Below are positions 7,081-15,674 of a DNA stretch of 16,584 nucleotides, in pieces; position 1 is the first letter of the stretch; each line of letters begins with the position of its first letter. A program made the position numbers and the translations under genes. Origin of the DNA: Candidatus Heimdallarchaeota archaeon (GTDB taxonomy: Archaea > Asgardarchaeota > Heimdallarchaeia > Hodarchaeales > Hodarchaeaceae); the NCBI GenBank assembly GCA_011364965.1, contig RDOB01000013.1:1-16584 (forward strand), read 5' to 3'. The notes beneath the pieces were generated by a model, which was not told the DNA's origin, ran no database searches, and worked only from the letters and a program-made list of their open reading frames with translations.

Positions 7081-8790
7081 ATGTTATTTCTTGATTTCTG
7101 TCTAGTAATGGAACAAATTCAAGCTACCACGAAGAAAAACGAGAAAGTTGAGCTTTTTGCGAATTTTCTTCGTCAACTTATTGATAAAGAACTCCCCCTT
7201 GTATGTTATTATGCCTCAGGAAGAGCATTTTCAAAAATATCTCCTTTAAAAATCCAAATGGGATGGAGCTCTTGTCAAGCAGTTGTAAACAAGCTAACAA
7301 AATACACTCGTTCTGAATTATCTTCTTTTTACAGAAAAAATTCTGATTTTGGAAGCATGGTTGAATTTGCATTAAATAAACGGAAACCTCAAGCACAACC
7401 ACTTGAAAGTTATTTCAGCGTAACCAAACAAGAACCCAAACTTACAATTCTTATGTTAAATGAATTTTTCACTGAAATCGCTACAATTTCAGGAAAAAGA
7501 GCAATTGAAACAAAGAAAAATCGCCTACTCTCTTTTCTTCAACTTACTTCCCCTTTAGAGGCCAAATATGTAACCCGAATAATTACCTCTGATACCCGAA
7601 CAGGCTTTCGGGAAGGATTGGTTCTAGACTCAATCGTGAAAGCGTTTAACCGAGAGAAAGAAGAGGTAGAATATGCTCATATGATACTAAGCGACATAGG
7701 GAAAACAGCAGTAAGGGCAAAAGACTCAAAAATTAACTTATTCGCTCTTAAGCCTGAACTCTTCAATCCATTGAAATCTATGCTGGCAACGAAGGTTGAA
7801 ACTATTTCAAAAGCTCTTGAAGCTTTTCCTTTGTTGATTTGTGAACCAAAAATTGATGGATTCCGTGCCCAACTACACATTTCTAAAAAAGAGTGTAAGC
7901 TTTATTCCCGGAATCAGGAGGATATCACTCAAGGTTTTCCTGAAATTATTGATGATGTTTCTATTCAAGTTAGACATGATTATCAGAATACAATTATTGA
8001 TGGCGAAGTAGTTGCTATTGTAGATGGAAAGCCAGTTTTTTTCCAGGATTTGCTTACACGAGTTTTACGTAAACAAGAGGTGGAAGAGTCTATTTTAAAA
8101 ACTCCCTGCTATTTCTATATGTTCGATATAACCCTATCCAAAGGGGAGTCTCTTTTAAATAAACCTCTTCTAGACAGAAAAAAAGCATTAAATACAATTC
8201 CAACCTTAAAGCATTTAGAGATTATTAGGTACAAATTACTATCAGATGAAACCGAAATAAAAAACTTCTTTCAACAAATGATAAAACGGGGGTTCGAAGG
8301 ACTTATGCTAAAAGATCCACACTCTAAATACCTGGCAGGTAAACGAGGTAAAAACTGGTTGAAGTTAAAAACCTCACTTCCCACCTTAGATCTTGTCATA
8401 ATTGCTGCGGAGTGGGGACATGGACGACGGACTGGATGGTTATCTAATTATCATCTCGCTGCAAGAGATAAGAATAATTATCAGGTTATTGGAAAAACGT
8501 TCAAGGGTTTGACTGATAGTGAATTTCAATACCTAACAGATCTATTAAATTCAATAAAAACCAGCTCAAAATCTTGGGGGATCGCTGTTAAACCTCAGGT
8601 TGTTGTAGAAGTTGAATTTGACAATATTCAGCAATCATCCAAATATGAATCTGGGATGGCACTTCGATTTGCTCGGATTAAACGAATTCGACCTGATAAG
8701 TCTGTGGAGGAAATTGACACAATTAAGAGTGTCCAACAGCTATATGAAAACCAGTTAGAAAGACAAGAACGTTCTAAACAAAGCCAATGA
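7081..8790 (+). CDS. lig: ATP-dependent DNA ligase (archaeal Lig1 type)
   Basis: Motif I EPKIDGFR, III IIDGEVV, IIIa FYMFDI, IV EGLMLK, V WLKLK, VI LRFARIKRIRPDK. N-terminal DNA-binding domain has a PIP-like loop QAQPLESYF. Confidence 0.97.
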   Translation: MLFLDFCLVMEQIQATTKKNEKVELFANFLRQLIDKELPLVCYYASGRAFSKISPLKIQMGWSSCQAVVNKLTKYTRSELSSFYRKNSDFGSMVEFALNKRKPQAQPLESYFSVTKQEPKLTILMLNEFFTEIATISGKRAIETKKNRLLSFLQLTSPLEAKYVTRIITSDTRTGFREGLVLDSIVKAFNREKEEVEYAHMILSDIGKTAVRAKDSKINLFALKPELFNPLKSMLATKVETISKALEAFPLLICEPKIDGFRAQLHISKKECKLYSRNQEDITQGFPEIIDDVSIQVRHDYQNTIIDGEVVAIVDGKPVFFQDLLTRVLRKQEVEESILKTPCYFYMFDITLSKGESLLNKPLLDRKKALNTIPTLKHLEIIRYKLLSDETEIKNFFQQMIKRGFEGLMLKDPHSKYLAGKRGKNWLKLKTSLPTLDLVIIAAEWGHGRRTGWLSNYHLAARDKNNYQVIGKTFKGLTDSEFQYLTDLLNSIKTSSKSWGIAVKPQVVVEVEFDNIQQSSKYESGMALRFARIKRIRPDKSVEEIDTIKSVQQLYENQLERQERSKQSQ

Positions 8791-8860
8791 TATATTAATA
8801 TAAATTTCATGCGAGATTTAATTACAAGGAGCTTCTAGAAATGAGTTTTTGCTTTAATTT

Positions 8861-9259
8861 TTATTCTGAGTGGGGTTCAAGCATCTCTTGGATTTTATCC
8901 AAGCGTTTATTCATTCTCTGCATCTCTGAAATAATAATAGCTAATTTTCGATCTAATTCACTAGATTCTCCACTCAATTCAAATTCTGGTGGAAGTAAAG
9001 CTTTACCAGCACCAAGTCCTGATGCTTTGTAGAGATCTTCAGCTACTTTAGTTAGCATCTGTTCAGATACCTGATGTTCAATATCACATTGAGTACAAGC
9101 CATTTTAAGTGCAGATAAGATAGCGCCATCTGTTAAGCGCTCACCTAAATCCACGGAGGCCATACTATCTCCCTTAAATATCAACTCAACAACATTTTGT
9201 CCCTTCACTTTTGATAGACGCGCACGGAAAGCCATTCCGGGTATTGGTACCTCTGGCAT
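8861..9259 (-). CDS. Hypothetical protein with C-terminal coiled coil
   Basis: 132-aa ATG ORF preceded by GAAGGT; heptad-like LDRKLAIIISEMQRMNKRLDKIQEML. Confidence 0.75.
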   Translation of the reverse strand: MPEVPIPGMAFRARLSKVKGQNVVELIFKGDSMASVDLGERLTDGAILSALKMACTQCDIEHQVSEQMLTKVAEDLYKASGLGAGKALLPPEFELSGESSELDRKLAIIISEMQRMNKRLDKIQEMLEPHSE

Positions 9260-9386
9260 TATTTTTACCTTCTATTTTTTCAGACAACTCTTATTTTCTG
9301 TAGGGATTATTCGATCTTTGTATTCAAACTTTCAGAGTAAATCCTACTTTTTAACTATTGAGTTATTCAAATAATATCAAAGATAG

Positions 9387-9746
9387 TTATCGTTCCCCAA
9401 ATAGCTCCCGAAACGATTTACGGATTCCATCAATAACAGAAAGGCCCTGTAGCATTAATTTTTGCACCTCTTGTAGATATTGGCGTCTTTCCAACGTTTC
9501 TTGCAAGAGAAAATAACCGATGACTAAATTAATTATTGCAGATAAACTAACGAAGATCTTAACAAGAAGTAAATTCCCATTTAAGCCCGAAATGGATAAT
9601 ATTAAAATAAGACAAAAGAGAATAAAACTTGTAGAGAACGCGAGAAAGGTCAGTATTAACCAGAGGTGGTATTCTCTTTCGAGTTGCCGTATTTCTCCTC
9701 TCCCAGAATCTAAAATTTTCCGAATGCTTGGAGGAATAGACGACAT
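9387..9746 (-). CDS. Hypothetical membrane protein (2 TM)
   Basis: Two long hydrophobic stretches flanked by charged helices; co-oriented with the ECF operon. Confidence 0.72.
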   Translation of the reverse strand: MSSIPPSIRKILDSGRGEIRQLEREYHLWLILTFLAFSTSFILFCLILILSISGLNGNLLLVKIFVSLSAIINLVIGYFLLQETLERRQYLQEVQKLMLQGLSVIDGIRKSFRELFGER

Positions 9747-9820
9747 AGTTTTATCAACTTCTTCTTTTCACATTGCTTAGTGGATTCACACACTAATATT
9801 ATTTTCGCAAGAGAGTGCAT

Positions 9821-10486
9821 TTACAATAGTATGATCATTAAAAAGATAATTATAGTGGATGAAATCCATAACCAATCGTTTTTTTCCATTTTCAGAGGAT
9901 TTAGGAATGCTTTAGGACTATCAGGATCCCAATCACGGGCTGTAAGGGCCTCTGCAAACCGATTCGATTTATCTTGACTCATTACTACCAGAGGAATTAT
10001 TATACTTGAGATAAATCGTAAACGAGAGATCATCCCTCTATCAAGCGGGATACCACGAGAAATTTGTGCATTGTACAATTGTAAACTTTCCTCTTGAAAC
10101 ATTGGAAGAAATCGGTAAGCTAAACTCACTTGCCAAGCATATTTATATGGAATTTTGTACGATACTAATGCTTGGGTTAATAGATCAGGATCTACGGCAT
10201 ATAAAAACCAATTAAATAACCAAGCAAGTCCCCAGAATCTAATGAGTATTACAATAAGATAATCAGAGTCTTGGGAAACAAATAGTATATTTAGAATCAA
10301 AATTATAACAGAAGGGATTAATAGTAGGAGAGTAACATAAAGTACCTTTCGATAAGAAGCTTCAGTCAGATAAAAGACCAGAAACATAAGCATGATGAAA
10401 GTTAACCAGCCTATTCGCGTTTCGAGGAAAATGATAATGAAAAACCCTATCAGGTGCAGAATTGCCACACGAGGGTCTGGTTTCAT
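9821..10486 (-). CDS. ecfT: ECF transporter T component (EcfT/CbiQ family)
   Basis: DPR start motif, multiple TMs, LAYRFLP, AQISRG and ALTARD conserved Arg motifs; 4-nt overlap with the upstream ATPase. Confidence 0.9.
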   Translation of the reverse strand: MKPDPRVAILHLIGFFIIIFLETRIGWLTFIMLMFLVFYLTEASYRKVLYVTLLLLIPSVIILILNILFVSQDSDYLIVILIRFWGLAWLFNWFLYAVDPDLLTQALVSYKIPYKYAWQVSLAYRFLPMFQEESLQLYNAQISRGIPLDRGMISRLRFISSIIIPLVVMSQDKSNRFAEALTARDWDPDSPKAFLNPLKMEKNDWLWISSTIIIFLMIILL

Positions 10487-11334
10487 GATTTTATTTCCTC
10501 CAAAGATTTCTCTATTAGAAATAATCGTTCAGAAGTACTCGAAAGAGTAAAAAAATTCTCAATAAGTTTTGAAGTTGTTTTGTCTTTTTCTAGTAGCTCA
10601 AGAAAGTGATAAATTTCTGGTATACATATGAAGTCGTGTTTCAAATACTCAGCTGATGTGAGAAATTCTTGAGGAGTCCCAAAAAACTGAATTATACCAT
10701 TATTAAGGACAAGAATTTTATCGCAAACATTAAGCTGAAACTCCACATCATGAGATGCTATCAACACTCCTTTTCCCTGATTTCTAAGCTTAATTATAAA
10801 ATCTGCGAGAAAAAGACGCGAGGGGCGATCAATGTTCGCAGTTGGCTCATCAAACAAAAAGAAATCAGCATTACTCGCATAAGCTATTGCTAAAGAGAGC
10901 CGTTGTTGCTCTCCCCCAGAGAGAGAGTATGGATGACGATATTGTAATTCTAAAAGTGAAAAAAGAGAGAGAATTTCACTTGGTAAATCATGATCATTCT
11001 CTTTCTTGTTCCTGCTGAAATGTAAGGATTGCAGAATCTCTTCATTAACAGATGAACAATAGAAATGTAAACGACTAAATTGGAATGTAGTGTGAATTCT
11101 GTTTGCTAATTGACTTGTTTTGAATTTATGAATACTTTCCTGATTTAAATAGATGGTTCCAGAGGTAGGTTTTAATAAACCATTGGATAAACGAAGTAAA
11201 GTGGTTTTTCCTGAGCCATTAGAACCTAGTATTCCTACAATTTGAGATGAAAGCACTTCAAAGCTTATTTTTTTTAAAATTGGCATACCAGCATTGTAAT
11301 AAAAGCCCACATTAAAATAGCTAAGATTATTCAA
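10483..11334 (-). CDS. ecfA2: ECF transporter ATPase (A' component)
   Basis: Walker A GSNGSGKT, signature LSGGEQQR, Walker B FLFDEPT, H-loop ASHD. Confidence 0.9.
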   Translation of the reverse strand: MNNLSYFNVGFYYNAGMPILKKISFEVLSSQIVGILGSNGSGKTTLLRLSNGLLKPTSGTIYLNQESIHKFKTSQLANRIHTTFQFSRLHFYCSSVNEEILQSLHFSRNKKENDHDLPSEILSLFSLLELQYRHPYSLSGGEQQRLSLAIAYASNADFFLFDEPTANIDRPSRLFLADFIIKLRNQGKGVLIASHDVEFQLNVCDKILVLNNGIIQFFGTPQEFLTSAEYLKHDFICIPEIYHFLELLEKDKTTSKLIENFFTLSSTSERLFLIEKSLEEIKS

Positions 11335-12190
11335 TGTTTTCCCTCCTTAAAAGAGAATAAAGCTCTTTTGCAGATCGAAATACTGGTTTCACACCCTGTT
11401 TCTCACATAATGGTATTCCAAGACGAAATATTTCTGGTAGATTCAGGTAATTCTGGAGAATTGAGTAGTTTGCTTCAAGTATTTGCGTTCGAGCTGTATG
11501 AAGGACAATCTCTCCCTTATCCATGACAATGATTTCATCTACTAAATCTAACGTATCCTCAAGCTGATGGGAGACTATTACAACAGTATGCTTCTCATCT
11601 TGATGAGATTTAATAGCTCTCAAGACTTTTTTCCTTGCTGGATAATCCAAAAATGCTGCAAACTCATCCAGTAGTAAAAAAGGAGGATTTAAAATTAGGA
11701 TAGAAGCAAGAGAAACAAGTGATATTTCCCCCCCAGATAGAGTAGATGTTTTTCGTTCTAATAATTCCTCAATACCCAGCTCTTGACTAATTTCCATTAT
11801 TCTGTTCTGAATATGAGAGGAAGGAAACCCTTTGTTTTCTAATCCGAAGGCAAGATCCTTCTCAACAGTAGACCCCACTGTTTGAAGAGCTGGATCCTGA
11901 AATAAAAAACCAAAACACCCCTGGTATTCCCAGAATTCCTCAATGGAGATCTGAGATCCATTGAGGAGAATTTCACCGGTTATTGTGGCTGGATAAAATA
12001 AAGGGATAAAACCTTTTAGAAACCGTAATAATGAACTCTTCCCACTAGCAGTAGTACCTGTTAAAAGATATGATTTTCCTTGCAGGAATGTAAAATGAGC
12101 ATTCGATATTGCATTAGAGTGTTTAGAATAGCTGATTGAAAAATCCCGAAGTTCTAGTGACTTAATTGAGGATTTAGAATAAGTACTCAT
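11327..12190 (-). CDS. ecfA1: ECF transporter ATPase (A component)
   Basis: Walker A GTTASGKS, FQDP Q-loop, TVEKDLAFGLEN, LSGGE, LLLDEF, VSHQ. Confidence 0.9.
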   Translation of the reverse strand: MSTYSKSSIKSLELRDFSISYSKHSNAISNAHFTFLQGKSYLLTGTTASGKSSLLRFLKGFIPLFYPATITGEILLNGSQISIEEFWEYQGCFGFLFQDPALQTVGSTVEKDLAFGLENKGFPSSHIQNRIMEISQELGIEELLERKTSTLSGGEISLVSLASILILNPPFLLLDEFAAFLDYPARKKVLRAIKSHQDEKHTVVIVSHQLEDTLDLVDEIIVMDKGEIVLHTARTQILEANYSILQNYLNLPEIFRLGIPLCEKQGVKPVFRSAKELYSLLRRENIE

Positions 12191-12195
12191 CTGCG

Positions 12196-12669
12196 CTATC
12201 CTTCTTCAAAACTAAATTTAATAAAATACTCATTGTCTAAACGAATAGAAGATGCCCCAACAGGAGCGTACGTCCAAGTTTGAGTACCAGGTAAATGAAA
12301 ATATATCCTCCAACTCCAATTGGAGTTTTCAGATGCATTAAAAATTCTAGTTACAAACCAGCCTCCAGGAGTATAGTATCTACCTTCCCAATTATCAATA
12401 CCAATTGTATTATTCAAATGTTCAATTAAAGTAATATTGATTGTTACATTTGTTAAATAAGAATGATTAAACAAATAATCAGGATGGGTAGATTCAATAA
12501 TTAAATTAATCGTTACATAAGTTTTTTCATGGTTCTCATCGGGTGGTGGAAAAAAGGTTTCAGCGAAAAAAATAAAACTAAAACTAAGGCCAGCGATATA
12601 TATAAGGAAAATAGCAATAATAATAGCTTGTAATGGTATATATTTCGAATATTTCTGAAAATACCCCAT
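12196..12669 (-). CDS. Membrane-anchored DUF4430-like (transcobalamin C-terminal beta-domain-like) putative cobalamin-binding protein
   Basis: N-terminal TM, then GWFVTRIF...WSWRIY...YAPVGASSIRL...IKFSF, matching the DUF4430 pattern as I recall it; embedded in the ECF operon. Confidence 0.7.
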   Translation of the reverse strand: MGYFQKYSKYIPLQAIIIAIFLIYIAGLSFSFIFFAETFFPPPDENHEKTYVTINLIIESTHPDYLFNHSYLTNVTINITLIEHLNNTIGIDNWEGRYYTPGGWFVTRIFNASENSNWSWRIYFHLPGTQTWTYAPVGASSIRLDNEYFIKFSFEEG

Positions 12670-13352
12670 TATACTGGCCTCACCTTATTTAAAGCATCAA
12701 TTATAGAAGGAAATGTTGAAAATAATACTGCATTAGTTATTTGATGAAGAATAAAGAAAGGCAATCCTGTGATAAAGCTAGCAAGAACCGCTTCCCAAGT
12801 TGGGACAAAAACGATCAAACTTAATGATGTAAAAATATCAAAGACTATAGTTAATGCAAATCCAAGTTGAGCGAGAAGAAAACGCTCATAAAATGAAAAT
12901 TCTGACTGGGAGATGTGTAATTGATCAGGAATTTGATAGAGAATCTTAGAATGCGTTTGGTTCAAAGAGGATTGGGAAACAGAGGGGAATTCAGATTCAG
13001 TCTCATTGATACTTCTAAAATATACTCCCATAAACATAACCAAAAGAAAAGGAGGAAATTTAAGAAGAAATGGAATCAATCCTCCTGATCCATAAAATTG
13101 AGAAGCAAAGAATTCAAATACAGTAACAGACGTAATAACAGTCATTAATCCAGCAGATTTACCATATTGATATCCGACAATAAAAAAGAAGATGGTAAGT
13201 GTTTCAAGATTTGGGATTGCAAGCAAAGCGGTTGAAGACGCAACTGCGATTGCAGAAAAAATTACACTTGTAGAGAATATTTGAATAGCTCTAGAACGCT
13301 CCTGAGGGGAGATTTTATTTTTTCTGAGATTTTGATGCTCTTCTGGTTCCAT
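12669..13352 (-). CDS. ECF transporter S component, CbrT-like (probable cobalamin)
   Basis: About six TMs; IPNLETLT motif after TM1 and TIVFDIFT...GLPFFILHQITNAVLF, resembling CbrT-type S components; 1-nt overlap with the DUF4430-like gene. Confidence 0.72.
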   Translation of the reverse strand: MEPEEHQNLRKNKISPQERSRAIQIFSTSVIFSAIAVASSTALLAIPNLETLTIFFFIVGYQYGKSAGLMTVITSVTVFEFFASQFYGSGGLIPFLLKFPPFLLVMFMGVYFRSINETESEFPSVSQSSLNQTHSKILYQIPDQLHISQSEFSFYERFLLAQLGFALTIVFDIFTSLSLIVFVPTWEAVLASFITGLPFFILHQITNAVLFSTFPSIIDALNKVRPV

Positions 13353-13368
13353 TAGACTCTAGGCACCT

Positions 13369-14100
13369 TCAGTTCCTCTTTTGAGAGTTCTGAAATATAC
13401 TCATACACAAGAAAGGCAAGATAATTGAGTAAAATGCAATATCTGTAAGAAAATTTTTAGACTCATTCACCTTTATGAGATCAGAGTAGACTAACTGTAG
13501 ATCAATGACATAATAGTAATCAAAAAAAATCTCAGAAAATCCCTCTAAAAGGACTCCTGTTTCCTTATCATACACTAATGAAGTATTTTGGTTACCAAGT
13601 GCTGAATTTTGGGAGTATGTAAAATTAATAGCTTTACGAACAGAATTAGAATAAGAATATAGATGTTCAGAGATATACAAGTCTCCTTCAGTCCAAAAAC
13701 CTGATGCAGCTTCCATTGCAACTTCCTTTTGCAGCTCCCAGTCGCCAGAAGAGGTCACTAAACCAGGAAACCACCCATAGATTGAAAGAAGAAGGCTTTC
13801 CGCGGTCTTATTATTAGTTGCAATGGTTGTTAAATTTCCTATTTCCACTTTACCTGAACTTGGATGAGTAAAATTATTAGGATTAAATTCTTCAAGAGTA
13901 TAATTAAGATAAGAATCAATAGTGGCAGTAAAATTAATATCTGGCCAGTTCCAACTGACAGGGCGAGCTTCATTCCAGTTATTAATTCTCCATTGGGATT
14001 TATAGCTAGAATTTTGGGCAATAGATGTAATAACAAGAGGAACTCCAAATATTAAAATAATTAAGAATAAAATAAATATTAAACTTTGTTTATTCATCAT
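13369..14100 (-). CDS. Hypothetical extracytoplasmic glycoprotein with N- and C-terminal hydrophobic segments
   Basis: Signal/TM at the N-terminus, many N-x-S/T sequons, YDKETGVLLE beta-hairpin, hydrophobic C-terminus with basic tail; 16 nt upstream of the S component. Confidence 0.75.
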   Translation of the reverse strand: MMNKQSLIFILFLIILIFGVPLVITSIAQNSSYKSQWRINNWNEARPVSWNWPDINFTATIDSYLNYTLEEFNPNNFTHPSSGKVEIGNLTTIATNNKTAESLLLSIYGWFPGLVTSSGDWELQKEVAMEAASGFWTEGDLYISEHLYSYSNSVRKAINFTYSQNSALGNQNTSLVYDKETGVLLEGFSEIFFDYYYVIDLQLVYSDLIKVNESKNFLTDIAFYSIILPFLCMSIFQNSQKRN

Positions 14101-14399
14101 TATACCAACTAATTATCTATTATTCCAAATACACTGGTTTATATCTTTAATTTTTATGGCGTTTTAGCCTATATTTTAGAATGAAATAATGCATATAATA
14201 GATTTAAAATTGCACTGAAGTGTATAGAATGCAATATATCTATATTAACACCAATTTTTGTTATAAAAGGTTTAAAAACTTGATAAAATGTCTTAATTTC
14301 GATAATACTAATTAAAATACTTAAATAACATACAACCGAAAGATACATAATGAATGAAGTAAAAATGAATCTTAAGGATTACTATTATGGGTGAAATAA

Positions 14400-14858
14400 G
14401 TGGAAATTTTCCCAATAGGATATGTGGACGAAGATAATGAGGGAAAGTACCTAGATATCCTCCCTGAATATGAGGTTGGACTGTACCGTCTGAACATGGT
14501 TTCACACATGTTTGTTCTATGGTGGATCCATCAAAACGATTCAAAAGAGAATCGAAAGGCGAAAAAGTCTATCCCACGAGTAAAGAATCCCCCAGAACCT
14601 CCTCAAGAAATGGGTACATTCGCTACTCGATCTCCAAGACGTCCAAATCCAATTGGATTGACACTTGTCAAAATAAATGAAATAATGGGCTGTAGAATTC
14701 GGATAGATCATATTGATGCATTTGCAGGTACTCCGATCATTGATTTAAAGCCTTATTTACCGAGTGGTGATCGTGTGGATGAAAATATTTCTCTACCACC
14801 ATGGTTCGGCCACTTACGTGAATCTCGGCCATTCAATCTACAAGAAAAATCTAGTTAG
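14400..14858 (+). CDS. trmO: TrmO/TsaA (YaeB-like) SAM-binding protein, putative tRNA m6t6A37 methyltransferase, single-domain form
   Basis: IFPIGYV, SHMFVLWWIH, GTFATRSPRRPNPIGLT, IDAFAGTPIIDLKPY; GTG start preceded by GGGTGA. Confidence 0.88.
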   Translation: MEIFPIGYVDEDNEGKYLDILPEYEVGLYRLNMVSHMFVLWWIHQNDSKENRKAKKSIPRVKNPPEPPQEMGTFATRSPRRPNPIGLTLVKINEIMGCRIRIDHIDAFAGTPIIDLKPYLPSGDRVDENISLPPWFGHLRESRPFNLQEKSS

Positions 14859-15507
14859 ATATCCCACGAATTTTTTCTTTAATGTATATTGGAACTAAGA
14901 GAAGAGCCGCGGAAATTGCTCCAACCTGAGCGGATGCAACTGATTCACCAGATCCCACCACCATTATAATATCCGTCCAATCACTCTCGTGAAATAATCG
15001 CGCAAGCTTGCGTTTAATCTTTCGATCACTTAGGGAAATGTCAGGTTTAGGGGGGTAGACCGCACCCAATAAATATATTTCCTCGAATTCGTCTTTAAGA
15101 AAAACTGTACACCCCGAGGCCCCATTAATGAGGGATTCATCGCGTAAAACCACGGTATTTAACTGATCAATTCCAGTTGCCTCCACACCAACAGCTGCAT
15201 CTTTTAATCCAACAGTATACTTTTTTCCCAAATGAATTCTCTTAGGAGGGATGTAGATATATTGCTGACATTTATTTAAAAATCTCTGACCGTCCTCGGT
15301 TAGTTTATGACCATGACGCTTACTAGATTTTTCTATTAAACCGCGGGAAGCTAAATTACATAAGATAGTTCTTGCTTGTGCCTCTGATATCTCCAAAGTC
15401 TGTGATAATTTGTAACGACCCAATTTTTCATTCATTGAAATCAAATGGAGGGCTAAGTAGGTCAAAGAAGCTACTAGAGATCGAGATTTCGTACTCACAA
15501 GAACCAT
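14851..15507 (-). CDS. Winged-helix protein, DUF4443-like putative transcription regulator
   Basis: LGRYKLSQTLEISEAQARTIL...GLI...GHKLT wHTH followed by VVLRDESLINGASG. ATG at 15507 preferred over the TTG at 15534. 8-nt convergent overlap with trmO. Confidence 0.72.
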   Translation of the reverse strand: MVLVSTKSRSLVASLTYLALHLISMNEKLGRYKLSQTLEISEAQARTILCNLASRGLIEKSSKRHGHKLTEDGQRFLNKCQQYIYIPPKRIHLGKKYTVGLKDAAVGVEATGIDQLNTVVLRDESLINGASGCTVFLKDEFEEIYLLGAVYPPKPDISLSDRKIKRKLARLFHESDWTDIIMVVGSGESVASAQVGAISAALLLVPIYIKEKIRGISN

Positions 15508-15674
15508 CAAGCCTGCAATTACAGAGCATATCAAATGATTTTTGCTTAATGCAATCTCATATCAGTGCAAAAAAGACATGAAAGTTATCAATGGATTGAT
15601 ATTTTAGAAATTTATTTTCTAAAAGCTGATAGAAAATTATGTAAGGGGGAAAGACGACAGAGACACGATAACAA

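Noticed and set aside
14101-14399. Cobalamin riboswitch upstream of the ECF operon
   Set aside because: The region is extremely AT-rich with no B12-box or GC-rich helices on either strand.
2187-15581. Short track ORFs 2187-2372, 2826-3035, 3454-3702, 7178-7402, 7677-7880, 8628-8810, 8841-9032, 9520-9780, 9780-9977, 10669-10893, 13839-14048, 13864-14055, 14308-14544, 15372-15581
   Set aside because: They are antisense or off-frame shadows overlapping well-supported genes, with no recognisable motifs.
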